A DNA stretch of 64,000 nucleotides, taken from an uncultured Gammaproteobacteria bacterium (GTDB taxonomy: Bacteria > Patescibacteriota > Patescibacteriia > UBA1558 > S5-K13). Location of the stretch: the NCBI GenBank assembly GCA_964424195.1, contig CAYRHT010000001.1:135260-199259 (forward strand). The letters are read 5' to 3'. Numbering within the stretch: the stretch's first letter is position 1; each line of letters opens with the position of its first letter. Position numbers and translations under genes: made by a program. The notes below the pieces were generated by a model. It was not told the origin of the DNA. It was given only the letters and a program-made list of their open reading frames with translations, and searched no databases. Below, one piece after another: positions 18,683 through 29,477 of the stretch.

Positions 18683-20539
18683 ATGACAGATTTAGCAGAT
18701 TTGCTTAAGAAGTTTTTAATTAAAACTAAAAAAGCATTCTCTCCAAATACTAGAGCGGATAGTCTTTTAAATAAATCAATTAGATTTGTTAATTTTATTG
18801 TTATCCCTAAAATTAAATCTTTATTCCCTTCTAAATACGATGAAGAGGAAAAATTATTATTCTCTTTATCTAAGAAAAAAATTCCTAGTCGTCAACAACT
18901 AAAACAACTTAAATACTTTTTAAATTACAAAGAGAAAAGAATTGTCTATATTTCTCTATTCTTCTTAGTTTTTTCAGTAGTTTTCTTAGGTGGAAGATTT
19001 TTATGGAAGAATTTAGTGGAAGTTCCTAAATATGGTGGAGAATACACTGAAGCTATAGTTGGTTCTATCCAATATATTAATCCAATTCTTTCTCAAGGTA
19101 ACGATGCTGACCGAGATCTTAGTAGATTAATTTTTTCAGGATTATTTAAGATAAATACTAACGGTGAATTAGAAAATGATTTAGTAGATAAATATCAGAT
19201 TTCTGAAGACCAGAAAACATATATTTTTACTTTGAAGAATAATATTAAATGGCATGATGGTATGGATTTAATTGCTGATGATATTGGTTTTACTTTGAAT
19301 GCTATTCAGAATCCAGAATTTAAGAGTCCTTTGTATAAGACTTTGCAGGGAGTAGGCTATGAGAAGATTTCTGAAAATTCTTTCAAACTTATTCTAGCTG
19401 AACCTTTTAGTCCTTTCATTTCTACTCTAACCTTTGGTATTTTACCAATGCATTTATGGGAGAGTATTAATCCAGAGAATTCTACTTTGACAGAGTTGAA
19501 TAAGAAGCCAATTGGTACCGGACCTTTTATGTACAAGTCATTTAGAAAAGATTCTAGTGGTAATATCAAACAATATACTTTAGTTAATTTTAAGGAGTAC
19601 TATGGTAAACGAGCTTATTTAAAAAGAATAATTTTAAAACTATTTGCTAATTCAGAAATGGCTTTAGAATCTTTGAAGAATAATCAAGTTCAGGGTGTAA
19701 GTTTCTTATCCCAGGATAATTACAAAGATGTAGTTGCTTCAGAGAATTTTAATGTTTATGACTTTAATATGCCTCAGTATTCAGCTTTGTTCTTTAATCT
19801 TAAACAACAAGAGTTATTAAAAGATAGAAGTATTAGAAGAGCTCTTTCTTTAGCAATTAACAAGAAAGAATTAGCTGCTGAATTGGGTTCAGGCTTAAAA
19901 GAAGCTTATGGTCCTCTAGATTTTATCATCGATCCTCAGGAAGATGAATATGATTTAGAAGCGGCAGCTGAATTATTAAAAGAATCGGAGTGGGAAATGA
20001 AAGATAATTTTCTAGAAAAAGATGAAAAGAAATTGGAGATAACTATAACTAGTGTTGATAATAATGAGTATATTAAAATTTTACAATATATTAAAAAACA
20101 ATGGGCAAAGTTAGGAATTATTACTAATTTAGAAATTATTCCCAAGCAAAAAATCTCTCAGATTATTACTGAAAGAGATTACGAAGTTTTGTTAATTGCT
20201 CAAATTTTATCATATGATCCTGATCCATATCCATTCTGGCATTCTTCCCAGACAAAAGTTGGTTTAAATCTTAGTATTTTTGCTAACCAGAATATTGATG
20301 ATATTCTAGAAGAGGCTCGGAAGATTACTTCTTTTGAAGAACGACTTAAAAAATATGAAAATTTTCAAGAAATTCTTAAAAAAGAACATATAGCTATATT
20401 TTTATTCAGACCAACTTATCATTATCCAGTGGATAAAGATTTAAGAGGTATTGATACAAAAGTTATCTATCTTCCATCAGATCGGTTCTCTAATATAGAG
20501 AATTGGTATCTGAAAACTAAAAAAACATTTAAAAAATAA
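18683..20539 (+). CDS. ABC transporter solute-binding protein, family 5 (peptide/nickel type), membrane-anchored
   Basis: N-terminal TM helix, then SBP_bac_5-like core (KNNIKWHDGMDLIADDIGFTLN). Confidence 0.75.
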   Translation: MTDLADLLKKFLIKTKKAFSPNTRADSLLNKSIRFVNFIVIPKIKSLFPSKYDEEEKLLFSLSKKKIPSRQQLKQLKYFLNYKEKRIVYISLFFLVFSVVFLGGRFLWKNLVEVPKYGGEYTEAIVGSIQYINPILSQGNDADRDLSRLIFSGLFKINTNGELENDLVDKYQISEDQKTYIFTLKNNIKWHDGMDLIADDIGFTLNAIQNPEFKSPLYKTLQGVGYEKISENSFKLILAEPFSPFISTLTFGILPMHLWESINPENSTLTELNKKPIGTGPFMYKSFRKDSSGNIKQYTLVNFKEYYGKRAYLKRIILKLFANSEMALESLKNNQVQGVSFLSQDNYKDVVASENFNVYDFNMPQYSALFFNLKQQELLKDRSIRRALSLAINKKELAAELGSGLKEAYGPLDFIIDPQEDEYDLEAAAELLKESEWEMKDNFLEKDEKKLEITITSVDNNEYIKILQYIKKQWAKLGIITNLEIIPKQKISQIITERDYEVLLIAQILSYDPDPYPFWHSSQTKVGLNLSIFANQNIDDILEEARKITSFEERLKKYENFQEILKKEHIAIFLFRPTYHYPVDKDLRGIDTKVIYLPSDRFSNIENWYLKTKKTFKK

Positions 20540-20613
20540 TATAAACAAGTAGAAGTTAATGAAGACACAAATCTTTGGGTCTCTGTTAGATTTCTATTTT
20601 AAACAAATAAATT

Positions 20614-22368
20614 ATGATTAAGAAAAAACAATTAAAGAGAGGCCCTGTTAAACACAGACCTGCTCATAACAAAAAACAAATAAATACCAAGGTCAAAACT
20701 TTTGACCATGGTAAACTTAAGATTGTTGTATTAGGCGGAAACGAAGAAGTTGGTCGAAATATGACAATCTTAGAATATGAAAATGATATTATTATCATTG
20801 ACATGGGAATTCAATTCCCAGAAGAAGATATGCCTGGAATAGATTTTATTATTCCAAATATTGAATATTTGAAAACAAAGAAGAAGAACATTAGAGGAGT
20901 TGTAATTACTCACGGACATTTAGATCATATTGGAGCAATTCCATATCTAATTCCAGAACTGGGCAATCCAGTAATTTACAGCGCTCCTTTAACATTGGGA
21001 TTAATTAAAAAAAGACATGAAGAATTCAAAGATCTTCCGGCTTTAAACCTTCAAGCAGTGACTCCTGATGACACAATAACTCTAGGAACTTTTAAAGTAT
21101 CATTCTTTGCAGTTAGTCACAATATTCCAGCTTCAATGGGAATTATCGTTGATACTCCTTTAGGAAAAGTAGTACATAGTGGTGATTTTAAACTTGATTT
21201 TGATGGACCAGTACGAGATATGCCAGAAGTTTCCAAGATTGCTAAGTTAGGAGAAGAAAATGTTCTAGCTTTAATGTCTGATTCAACTAATGCTCCTCAA
21301 TCAGGTCATCAAATTTCTGAATCAGAGATTCAAGGTAACCTATTTAATATTATTAGAAATGCTAAAGGTCGAGTTATTATCGGAACTTTTTCATCTCTAT
21401 TGAATAGATTGCAACAAGTTTTTGAAGCTGCTGAAAAATTGAACAAGAAAATATTGATTGATGGTTACAGCATGAAGACTAATGTAGAAATTGCTCATCA
21501 ATTAGGATATTTAAGCTTCAAGAAAGATACTTTTATTACTGAGAAGCAATTAAAAGAATATCCAGACAATCGAGTAGTAATTTGTTGTACTGGTGCTCAA
21601 GGAGAGGACAGAGCTGTTTTAATGAGAATTGTAAACAGAGATCACCGTTTCTTAGAAATTGGTAAAAACGATACTGTAGTCTTTTCATCTTCAGTTATTC
21701 CTGGAAATGAAAGATCAGTTCAAAGATTAAAAGATTCCTTATATCGACAAGGTGCAGAAGTTATTCATTATCAAATGATGGATGTTCATGCTGGTGGTCA
21801 TGCTAAAAAAGAGGATTTAAAATTAATGATTAATTTAGTTAATCCAAAATATTTTATTCCGATTGAAGGAAATCATTCTTTTTTACATATTCATGCTAAA
21901 TGGGCTACTGAAGCTGGTATTGATCCTAAGAATATTTTTATCGCTGACAATGGTCAAATAATTGAATTTACTAAACTTGGTGGAAAGTTAACTAACAAAA
22001 AGATTCCAGCTGATTATGTATTTGTAGATGGTTTAGGAGTAGGAGATGTTTCTCATATCGTACTTCGAGACCGGAAACAAATGTCAGACGATGGTATGAT
22101 TGTTGTTATTTCTACCATTAGTGCTAAAACTGGAAAGCTAATTCATTCTCCTGATATTATTTCTCGAGGTTTTGTGTATATGAAAGAGAATAAAGAATTA
22201 ATCGAAAAGACTAGAAAAAGAGTAAAACAAATTATGCAATCCAATACTGATAAATCTATGGCTAATGATATGTTTATTAAAAACAAGATTAGAAATCAAA
22301 TTGGTAATTTACTTTACAAAGAAACTGAGCGAAGACCTATGGTCTTACCAGTAATTATTGAAGTCTAA
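20614..22368 (+). CDS. rnj: Ribonuclease J
   Basis: Metallo-beta-lactamase motif HGHLDHIGAIPYL, beta-CASP region and RNase J C-terminal domain. 584 aa. Confidence 0.9.
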   Translation: MIKKKQLKRGPVKHRPAHNKKQINTKVKTFDHGKLKIVVLGGNEEVGRNMTILEYENDIIIIDMGIQFPEEDMPGIDFIIPNIEYLKTKKKNIRGVVITHGHLDHIGAIPYLIPELGNPVIYSAPLTLGLIKKRHEEFKDLPALNLQAVTPDDTITLGTFKVSFFAVSHNIPASMGIIVDTPLGKVVHSGDFKLDFDGPVRDMPEVSKIAKLGEENVLALMSDSTNAPQSGHQISESEIQGNLFNIIRNAKGRVIIGTFSSLLNRLQQVFEAAEKLNKKILIDGYSMKTNVEIAHQLGYLSFKKDTFITEKQLKEYPDNRVVICCTGAQGEDRAVLMRIVNRDHRFLEIGKNDTVVFSSSVIPGNERSVQRLKDSLYRQGAEVIHYQMMDVHAGGHAKKEDLKLMINLVNPKYFIPIEGNHSFLHIHAKWATEAGIDPKNIFIADNGQIIEFTKLGGKLTNKKIPADYVFVDGLGVGDVSHIVLRDRKQMSDDGMIVVISTISAKTGKLIHSPDIISRGFVYMKENKELIEKTRKRVKQIMQSNTDKSMANDMFIKNKIRNQIGNLLYKETERRPMVLPVIIEV

Positions 22369-22428
22369 CCACCTTGCTTTATTATTTAGTTTAATTTAAG
22401 GTATAATGAAATTATAAATATAAAATAT

Positions 22429-24204
22429 ATGAGACGAGAAAGTTCTTTAATTAAAGATTTTTCTAAAGAAAAAAATCAAGAAAATAGAGATAAAACAGCT
22501 CAAGATATTAGGTCTAAAAGAACTGAGTATTTTTCTAATAAAGAAGAAAGAAAAGAATGGCAGGGTGAAAAAGATAATTTGCAAGAAGACATGGAATCTA
22601 GTGACTTAGAAATTCAAGAAAAAGTTGAGTCATTAAATGACCTAAGGGATGATATAGAAAGATTATCTAGTAATTTACCTAAAAAGCTTTGGAATCATTT
22701 TAAAATAAAGAATATAAAGTCAAAATTAGCTATTGGTAAAAAATCTTATGAGGAATTAAAAACTTGGCACGATGGATTATTAGAACAAGATAATGTTTTA
22801 GAATCTAATTTATCAGAAGAAAATATTTCTGACGGAGACCAGGAAGCTCAGAAAATTCTAAATAATTTTTATAGAGAACAAGAAAATCAATGGGCTAATA
22901 GTGAATATAATAAAGAAGATATAAATAAACACTTTTCTGAAGAAAATTTAGCTTCTTTATCAATAGAAGACTATATTTTGCTTTTAAAAAGATTTCCTGG
23001 AAATATGGTTACTCATGTTACTCGACAAGGAATTAGAGATCATACTGGTCATATGTATCATACAGCTGGAAAGGGCGAATATTCAGATGGTTTTAAACAA
23101 ATATTAGAGTCTGGCAAGTTGTTTTCGATATTAAATGATAATTTAACAGAAAAAGAAAAAAGGAATTTGATTTCCGAATTTTTATTATTAGAAGAATGCG
23201 AAAATAGAGAAGAAGCATTGGAAAATTTAGAGGCGACCTTAGGTAGAGTAGGTGGACATTATAGCGACAGGACATCTGTTCATTTCGCTACAGAAGAAGT
23301 TGCTGATAAATTTTATGGAGGCGAGAAGGGAAATGAAATATTTTTTACTTATCCTTCTCTCTATATATCTTCTCAATATTCTTTTCAGGGGAATCTTGTG
23401 GAAGGGCAGGGTCATGAACATAATGATCAATGGGTCTGGATGAAGGAAGAAGAAAAAGGTATGAATATAAACGCAGGTATTGTTTTTATTCCCAAAGAAT
23501 CTCAGGTTGATAAAAGGACTGGTTCGGTATATGAATTAGACGAAGATAGTGATCCTATTATTAATCAAGAATATAAAGATCTTGTGAAAAACTTTATAGA
23601 TTCTGAAGATTTTTCTAAATTGTCTGATGAAATTATGGAAATTACTAATAATAGTGAAATAGATTATCTTATTCGCTTAGACGAAGCTACTTTGTCTGAG
23701 GAAGACAGAGAAAAACTAAATGTTCTAAATCCCTTTAGAAAAGAAATAGAAAATACTTTTAACATTAAAGATAGGAAATTACAGAACGTTCTATTTGGTT
23801 ATCAAAATCTGGATTCTTTTCAAGAATTTAGAAAAGAAAATATAGATAAATTAGACTCGCCTGATGAAAAAATAGAAAAGGCTTTAAATAAGAATGGTGT
23901 TTTATATAAAAGAGCAGAAGATGTTGTTGATTCTGAGAAATATTGGGAAGATTATTTTAAAAAATATCCTGGCAAGAAGCCATCAAAAATTGTTTATTAT
24001 AAAGCGAAAACTCCAACAATTGCATTAGAGAAGTGGAGAGAAGATAATTCCATTAAATCTGAACAAAACAATATTTATTTAGAATCTTCAGAAAATAGAA
24101 CAGATAGTACTTTCCCAGAAGTGAATGAAGGGAGAGATGAATTATATAATTTAGCGATAGAAGTTATTAATGACCATTTTGATAAAAAAGAAAAAGTGGC
24201 TTAA
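22429..24204 (+). CDS. Large acidic hypothetical protein
   Basis: 591 aa, E/D/K-rich with coiled-coil-like N-terminus. TATAAT -10 at about 22400. No assignable domain. Confidence 0.5.
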   Translation: MRRESSLIKDFSKEKNQENRDKTAQDIRSKRTEYFSNKEERKEWQGEKDNLQEDMESSDLEIQEKVESLNDLRDDIERLSSNLPKKLWNHFKIKNIKSKLAIGKKSYEELKTWHDGLLEQDNVLESNLSEENISDGDQEAQKILNNFYREQENQWANSEYNKEDINKHFSEENLASLSIEDYILLLKRFPGNMVTHVTRQGIRDHTGHMYHTAGKGEYSDGFKQILESGKLFSILNDNLTEKEKRNLISEFLLLEECENREEALENLEATLGRVGGHYSDRTSVHFATEEVADKFYGGEKGNEIFFTYPSLYISSQYSFQGNLVEGQGHEHNDQWVWMKEEEKGMNINAGIVFIPKESQVDKRTGSVYELDEDSDPIINQEYKDLVKNFIDSEDFSKLSDEIMEITNNSEIDYLIRLDEATLSEEDREKLNVLNPFRKEIENTFNIKDRKLQNVLFGYQNLDSFQEFRKENIDKLDSPDEKIEKALNKNGVLYKRAEDVVDSEKYWEDYFKKYPGKKPSKIVYYKAKTPTIALEKWREDNSIKSEQNNIYLESSENRTDSTFPEVNEGRDELYNLAIEVINDHFDKKEKVA

Positions 24205-24231
24205 AATTAATTTATAATAAGATATAAGATT

Positions 24232-25221
24232 ATGAGCGATAAGAAAATATTATTTTCAGGAATTCAGCCAACAGGTGATTTGCATATTGGAAATTACCTA
24301 GGAGCTTTAAAGAATTGGGTTGATTTACAAGATCAACATGATTGTTTTTATTCAATTGTAGATTTACATGCAATTACTGTTGATTATGATCAAGTAAGCT
24401 ATCAAGAACAAATTCTAAATACAGCAATTGATCTATTAGCTATTGGTATTGATCCTAAAAAATCAACTTTGTTTGTTCAATCTAAAGTAACTCAACATAC
24501 AGAACTTACTTGGTTATTCAATACTTTAGTTCCGATGGCAGAATTACAAAGAATGACTCAGTTTAAAGACAAGTCTCGACAAAACTTTACTAATATTAAT
24601 ATGGGACTTTTTGATTATCCAGTATTACAAACTGCTGACATTTTACTCTATAAAGGTGAACTAGTTCCAGTTGGTGAAGATCAATTACAACATTTAGAAT
24701 TAGCTAATACTATCCTTAGAAAGTTTAATAACAAGTTTGGAGAATATTTTCAAAAGATTGATCCAATTGTCAGTAAGAGTGCTCGAGTAATGTCATTACA
24801 AGAACCACAGAATAAAATGTCTAAGTCTCTAGGAGCTTCTAACTATATTGCTTTAAGAGATGATGCAGACACTATTCGAAAAAAGATTATGAGTGCTAAG
24901 ACAGATGCTGGTCCTCAAAAGGATGGACATATGTCTCCAGGAGTTGATAATCTATTCACTCTTTTAGAAAGCTTTGCTGATGAAAAAGTAATTAAGAAGT
25001 TTAATTTAGATTATCATAATGGTGAATTAAAATATTCAGAACTTAAAGCAGAGTTAGCAGATGCTATCATTAATACTCTAAAACCTATTCAAGCTAAGAT
25101 AGCTAAATTAGAGAAGGATAAAGATAAAGTGAAAAAGATTCTAGCAGATGGTGCTCAGAAAGCTCAGAAAATTGCTGAAGCTAATATGTTAGAGATTAAA
25201 GAGAAAATGGGATTAATTTAA
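24232..25221 (+). CDS. trpS: Tryptophan--tRNA ligase
   Basis: Class I aaRS HIGH-like motif (TGDLHIGNYLGA) and KMSKS motif. 329 aa. Confidence 0.93.
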   Translation: MSDKKILFSGIQPTGDLHIGNYLGALKNWVDLQDQHDCFYSIVDLHAITVDYDQVSYQEQILNTAIDLLAIGIDPKKSTLFVQSKVTQHTELTWLFNTLVPMAELQRMTQFKDKSRQNFTNINMGLFDYPVLQTADILLYKGELVPVGEDQLQHLELANTILRKFNNKFGEYFQKIDPIVSKSARVMSLQEPQNKMSKSLGASNYIALRDDADTIRKKIMSAKTDAGPQKDGHMSPGVDNLFTLLESFADEKVIKKFNLDYHNGELKYSELKAELADAIINTLKPIQAKIAKLEKDKDKVKKILADGAQKAQKIAEANMLEIKEKMGLI

Positions 25222-25251
25222 AATTATATTTTGAAATAGAAAAAGCTCTGT

Positions 25252-25284
25252 TTTTAAGCAGAGCTTTTTATTTTACGAAATTTA
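25252..25284. terminator. Intrinsic terminator after trpS, probably bidirectional
   Basis: aagctctg-tttttaag-cagagctt hairpin followed by a T-run. Confidence 0.8.
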
Positions 25285-25286
25285 GT

Positions 25287-25520
25287 TTAAGCGACAACGG
25301 GTCTTTGTTGTAAAGAGTTTTCATAATTTTCAGGACGAGGATCTGGGTGTAAAAAACCTGTTACATCGTTTTCGTTTGGACCACACTTCCATATTCCTGT
25401 TTTTTTATCTAAAGTTGGTTCATGAGAAAACCCATGTCTTTCTCCACCAAAATTAGTAGCTACCCATTGTATCGACTCATTTATGTTGGGCCAATCGTAC
25501 TCATATTTTACTGGCGGCAT
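25287..25520 (-). CDS. Orphan small protein, hypothetical
   Basis: 77 aa with a strong RBS (AGGAGGGAAAATG). Modestly higher GC than the surroundings. No motif recognised. Confidence 0.45.
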   Translation of the reverse strand: MPPVKYEYDWPNINESIQWVATNFGGERHGFSHEPTLDKKTGIWKCGPNENDVTGFLHPDPRPENYENSLQQRPVVA

Positions 25521-25656
25521 TTTCCCTCCTTATATTTTTATTATCTATAACTTACAAAAATATTAGTTTCTTGTCAATCTTTTATTACTCTGGACAATCC
25601 TTCTCTAATAAATTATAATTCCTTAACAACTTAATTATTTATGTTATTATTTAGAT

Positions 25657-28170
25657 ATGAAAGATTCAAATATTTTTAATAAATTTTCTAAACATTTAAA
25701 AACAATCTTAGTTAAAGCTCAGGACTTGAGTTCTGCTTTGCATAAAAAAGAAATAGATTTTTGGGAGATATTATATGCTCTGACTTTAGAAAAAGGTTCA
25801 GTAGCTTTTAGTTTATTGGGTAATAAAGGCTGTAAAGCTATTGATTTTAAAAGGGAAGCTGTGAAGCTTGTTAATTTGGAAAAAAAAGAGGCTGGAAAGA
25901 AAGTAGAACAAAAGATTCCAATGTTTTCTGAACAAGCTCAAAAGATTCTTGAAAAAGCAGTTAAAATTGCTTATCAAAACAAACATGCATATATTGGCAG
26001 TGAACATCTTTTGTCAGCTATTCTAGAGTCTAATCTTAAAGAGCTAAATCAATTCTTTAAAGACCAGAAAGTAGATAAAGTTGAATTAAAAGAAGATTTA
26101 AAAAATATTTTAGCAAATACTAGTAAATTAACAGATTTAATTGATGACAAGTTATCAAATGTTAATGTTTTAGAGAAAATGGTTATGGGTGGTGGAGCTC
26201 CAGAAACTGGAACCATGCCTCAATTTACTATGGAACTTACTTCAGCTGAAATACAGCATAAGATTGATCCAGTAATTGGTCGAAGCAAAGAAATTGATCG
26301 TTTGATTCAAGTATTAAGTAGAAGGAATAAAAATAATCCAGTACTTTTAGGGGAACCAGGAGTTGGGAAGACAGCAATTATTGAAGGTTTAGCAAAAAGA
26401 ATATTTGAAGGAAAAGTGCCCGATGTTTTATTAGAAAAGAAAATAATTTCTTTAGATTTAGGAGCTGTAATTGCCGGAACTATTTATCGAGGAGAGTTTG
26501 AAAAAAGATTAAAGAAAATTATTGATGATGCTAAGCATGATGATAATATAATTCTATTTATTGATGAAATTCATACTTTAGTTGGAACGGGAGCAACTAG
26601 TGGACAATTAGATGCTGCTAACCTATTAAAACCAGAATTAGCTAAAGGTGATTTGAAAGTCATTGGAGCTACTACTGTGCAAGAATATCGAAAATATATT
26701 GAATCTGATGCTGCTTTTGAAAGAAGATTCCAACCAATTGTAGTAGATGAACCAAGCGCTCAGGAAACTAAAGAAATTATTCAAGGTTTAAGATCTAATT
26801 ATGAAAAATATCACTTAGTTAAAATTACAGATGGAGCAATTAAAGCAGCAATTGAATTAAGTCAAAGGTATTTACCAGAGAAATTTTTACCAGATAAAGC
26901 TATTGATTTAATTGATGAAGCAGCTTCAAAGTTTAAGGTTAAGAATTTAAAGAATAGTAGCTTGAAAAAGATTATTAGTTTAAAGAATGATTTACAGAAG
27001 ATGTCTGAGGCTAAGGAAAAAGCTATTCACGATGATAATTATGAGAAGGCTGTTTTCTTTAGAGAAAACGAAGACAGGATTATTAAAGAATTAGAAATTT
27101 TGAATAAAAGTAAAACAAAGAGTAAAAAGTTCTTAGGAGAAATTGTGGAAAGTAATATTGCTGAAATTATTTCTAAGATTTCTGGTGTGCCAGTGGAGGA
27201 GTTAATGGAATCTGAAAAAAAGAAATTTATAAATTTGGAAAAACTTTTAACTAAAAAAATTATTGCTCAGGATGAAGTTATTAAAGATATTTCAGAGTAT
27301 ATTAGAAGAGCGAAGGCTGGTTTAGCTAATCCCAATAAACCTCTAGCTTCTTTTATATTCCTCGGACCCTCTGGAGTTGGTAAAACTGAAACTGCTAAAG
27401 TTTTAGCCCGAGAAGTATATAATAGTGAGAAAGCTTTAATTAGAATTGATATGTCTGAATTTTCAGAGAAATTTGATACTTCTAAGTTGATTGGAGCTCC
27501 AGCTGGCTATGTGGGTTACAAAGATGTAAATAAATTTACTGATCAAGTTCGAATGAAACCTTACTCTGTAATATTATTTGATGAAATAGAAAAAGCCCAT
27601 CCAGATATTTTTAATCTATTATTACCAGTCTTGGAAGATGGATATATTACTGATTCTAGTGGAAAAGTAATTAATTTCAAGAATACAATTATCATTATGA
27701 CTTCTAATATTGCCAATGAACAGTTTAATAAGCATGCTTCTATTGGTTTTGATGTAGCTAGTAAGACTAAGAAAGAGATTATTGACGAAGAATATCAGAG
27801 TTTGGAAAATAAAGTCATAGATTCTTTAGCTGATTATTTTAAACCTGAATTTTTGAATCGCTTGGATAAAATATTTACCTTCAAACCTATTGATGTAGAC
27901 AATATGTCTAAGATAGCTAAAATTGAGATGAAGGAGTTAGAAAAAAGATTAAAAGGCAAAGATATTTCTATTAAATTAGATAATAAGGTGTATAAATATA
28001 TTGCTCTTCATTCTTTTAATCCTCAATCCGGAGCTCGACCATTAAAGAGATTTATTCAAGATAAGATAGAAAACTTAATTGCTAATCAAATTTTAGCAGA
28101 TAGTATCCATAATGGTGATAATATTAAGATTGAATTAAAGGGTAAGGAAATTATAGTTGAAAAAGTTTAG
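25657..28170 (+). CDS. clpC: ClpC-like ATP-dependent Clp protease ATP-binding subunit (two AAA+ modules)
   Basis: Clp_N repeats. Walker A boxes GEPGVGKTAI and GPSGVGKTE. Only a short M-domain. Confidence 0.85.
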   Translation: MKDSNIFNKFSKHLKTILVKAQDLSSALHKKEIDFWEILYALTLEKGSVAFSLLGNKGCKAIDFKREAVKLVNLEKKEAGKKVEQKIPMFSEQAQKILEKAVKIAYQNKHAYIGSEHLLSAILESNLKELNQFFKDQKVDKVELKEDLKNILANTSKLTDLIDDKLSNVNVLEKMVMGGGAPETGTMPQFTMELTSAEIQHKIDPVIGRSKEIDRLIQVLSRRNKNNPVLLGEPGVGKTAIIEGLAKRIFEGKVPDVLLEKKIISLDLGAVIAGTIYRGEFEKRLKKIIDDAKHDDNIILFIDEIHTLVGTGATSGQLDAANLLKPELAKGDLKVIGATTVQEYRKYIESDAAFERRFQPIVVDEPSAQETKEIIQGLRSNYEKYHLVKITDGAIKAAIELSQRYLPEKFLPDKAIDLIDEAASKFKVKNLKNSSLKKIISLKNDLQKMSEAKEKAIHDDNYEKAVFFRENEDRIIKELEILNKSKTKSKKFLGEIVESNIAEIISKISGVPVEELMESEKKKFINLEKLLTKKIIAQDEVIKDISEYIRRAKAGLANPNKPLASFIFLGPSGVGKTETAKVLAREVYNSEKALIRIDMSEFSEKFDTSKLIGAPAGYVGYKDVNKFTDQVRMKPYSVILFDEIEKAHPDIFNLLLPVLEDGYITDSSGKVINFKNTIIIMTSNIANEQFNKHASIGFDVASKTKKEIIDEEYQSLENKVIDSLADYFKPEFLNRLDKIFTFKPIDVDNMSKIAKIEMKELEKRLKGKDISIKLDNKVYKYIALHSFNPQSGARPLKRFIQDKIENLIANQILADSIHNGDNIKIELKGKEIIVEKV

Positions 28171-28212
28171 AATTTTTGCTAAGTTAAATTTAAGAGGTCG
28201 CATTTATTAATA

Positions 28213-28857
28213 ATGGGACTTTTTATGTTCAAAAAATTATTAAATATATTATTCCCCATTGAATGTTTGGGATGTAATCAAAATGATATTCTATTATGTT
28301 CTAAATGTTTTGATTCTATAGAAATTAAAGAAGCAAGTTTTTTTAATACAGAATTTATTGACCAAGTTCATGTCACAGCTTCTTTTCATCAAAAATTACT
28401 ACAGAAGATTATTCATTTGTATAAATATTCATATATTAAAACATTAGCTACTCCTTTGTCTGAGTTAGTTATAGATTATTATTCTCAGATTGAAGATAAA
28501 TTAGATAAGCCAATTATTATTCCAGTGCCTCTGCATCAGAAGAGGTTGTTAGTGAGATGTTTTAATCAATCAGGTTTAATCGCTCATAGTTTTTGTAAAC
28601 AATTTAATTATGATTCTAACGATGATTTAATTGTTAGAATTAAACATACTGAACAACAAGCTAAATTGAATAAAAAGGGGAGAATAGAAAATATAAAGGG
28701 TGCTTTCAAAATTAAAGATAAATCTTTTATAAAAAATAGAAATTTTATAATAGTAGATGATTTGTATACCACTGGTTCTACTGTAGCTGGAATAGCTAAA
28801 TTATTGAAGGAAAACGGTGCTCAGCAAGTTTGGTGTCTAGTGATAGCTAAGAATTAG
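28213..28857 (+). CDS. comFC: ComF family phosphoribosyltransferase (ComFC-like)
   Basis: N-terminal Cys4 motif CLGCNQN...CSKCFD. C-terminal PRTase motif IIVDDLYTTGST. Confidence 0.75.
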   Translation: MGLFMFKKLLNILFPIECLGCNQNDILLCSKCFDSIEIKEASFFNTEFIDQVHVTASFHQKLLQKIIHLYKYSYIKTLATPLSELVIDYYSQIEDKLDKPIIIPVPLHQKRLLVRCFNQSGLIAHSFCKQFNYDSNDDLIVRIKHTEQQAKLNKKGRIENIKGAFKIKDKSFIKNRNFIIVDDLYTTGSTVAGIAKLLKENGAQQVWCLVIAKN

Positions 28858-28942
28858 CTTGACTTTTCTTTCAAAATATGGTATATTGTAATAATACTTC
28901 AATTTAATAGATTGAGTAGAAAAAGAAAACCAGGGAGGAAAA

Positions 28943-29326
28943 ATGAAAAATCTGTATTTACTTATTGTTCTAGCCATTTTATTTATGGCGGGTTGCTCTA
29001 CTGTTAGTAAGGGAGTCAGCACTGACGTTGTTAATACTAATAGTGTAGATGCTTGGAAAACAGGTTGGATGTCTGATGGATCAGTTAGAGCTACCGGAGA
29101 GGCATCTAAATCTACTCCAGCTTTGGCTCAGAAAATTGCAGATGATCGATCTAAAACGAACGCTCTCAAATTTATATTCCAGGAAGCTGGAATTGAATGG
29201 GATGGTAGTTCAATAGAAGTTCAAGCTCGTATTGTTAAAAGAAAACCAAAGGGCAATACTTGGACTTCACTAGCAGAAATTTCTACTCAAGGAGTATCAA
29301 ACATACTCCAAAAGTATAAAAAGTAG
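28943..29326 (+). CDS. Lipoprotein, hypothetical
   Basis: Signal peptide with lipobox LFMAGC|S. Confidence 0.6.
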   Translation: MKNLYLLIVLAILFMAGCSTVSKGVSTDVVNTNSVDAWKTGWMSDGSVRATGEASKSTPALAQKIADDRSKTNALKFIFQEAGIEWDGSSIEVQARIVKRKPKGNTWTSLAEISTQGVSNILQKYKK

Positions 29327-29411
29327 AATGTTTGAGAGTTTGTTAATTAATTGATTTATATCGATTATATTAACAGCTCTCTTTTTTATTGGCATTAAGT
29401 AGGAAGTTTAG

Positions 29412-29441
29412 TATAATAACTGTAATTGTATATTACAATTA
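29412..29441. promoter_or_regulatory. TATAAT -10 box followed by the perfect palindrome TAATTGTA-tat-TACAATTA (putative operator)
   Basis: The palindrome at 29423..29441 sits immediately downstream of TATAAT (29412..29417), 37 nt upstream of the ATG at 29478. Its half-site ACAATTA is the same motif repeated upstream of the HTH-GHKL gene at 13395..13449. Confidence 0.45.
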
Positions 29442-29477
29442 ATTATAGAAATAATTTAATAAATAAAGTTTAAATTT

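Noticed and set aside
24205-24231. T-box riboswitch upstream of trpS
   Set aside because: Only 27 nt separate trpS from the preceding gene, which leaves no room for a T-box leader of about 200 nt.
28837-29022. Antisense ORFs at 28837..29022 and 30656..30847
   Set aside because: They overlap gene ends and intergenic promoters of + strand genes and have no RBS.
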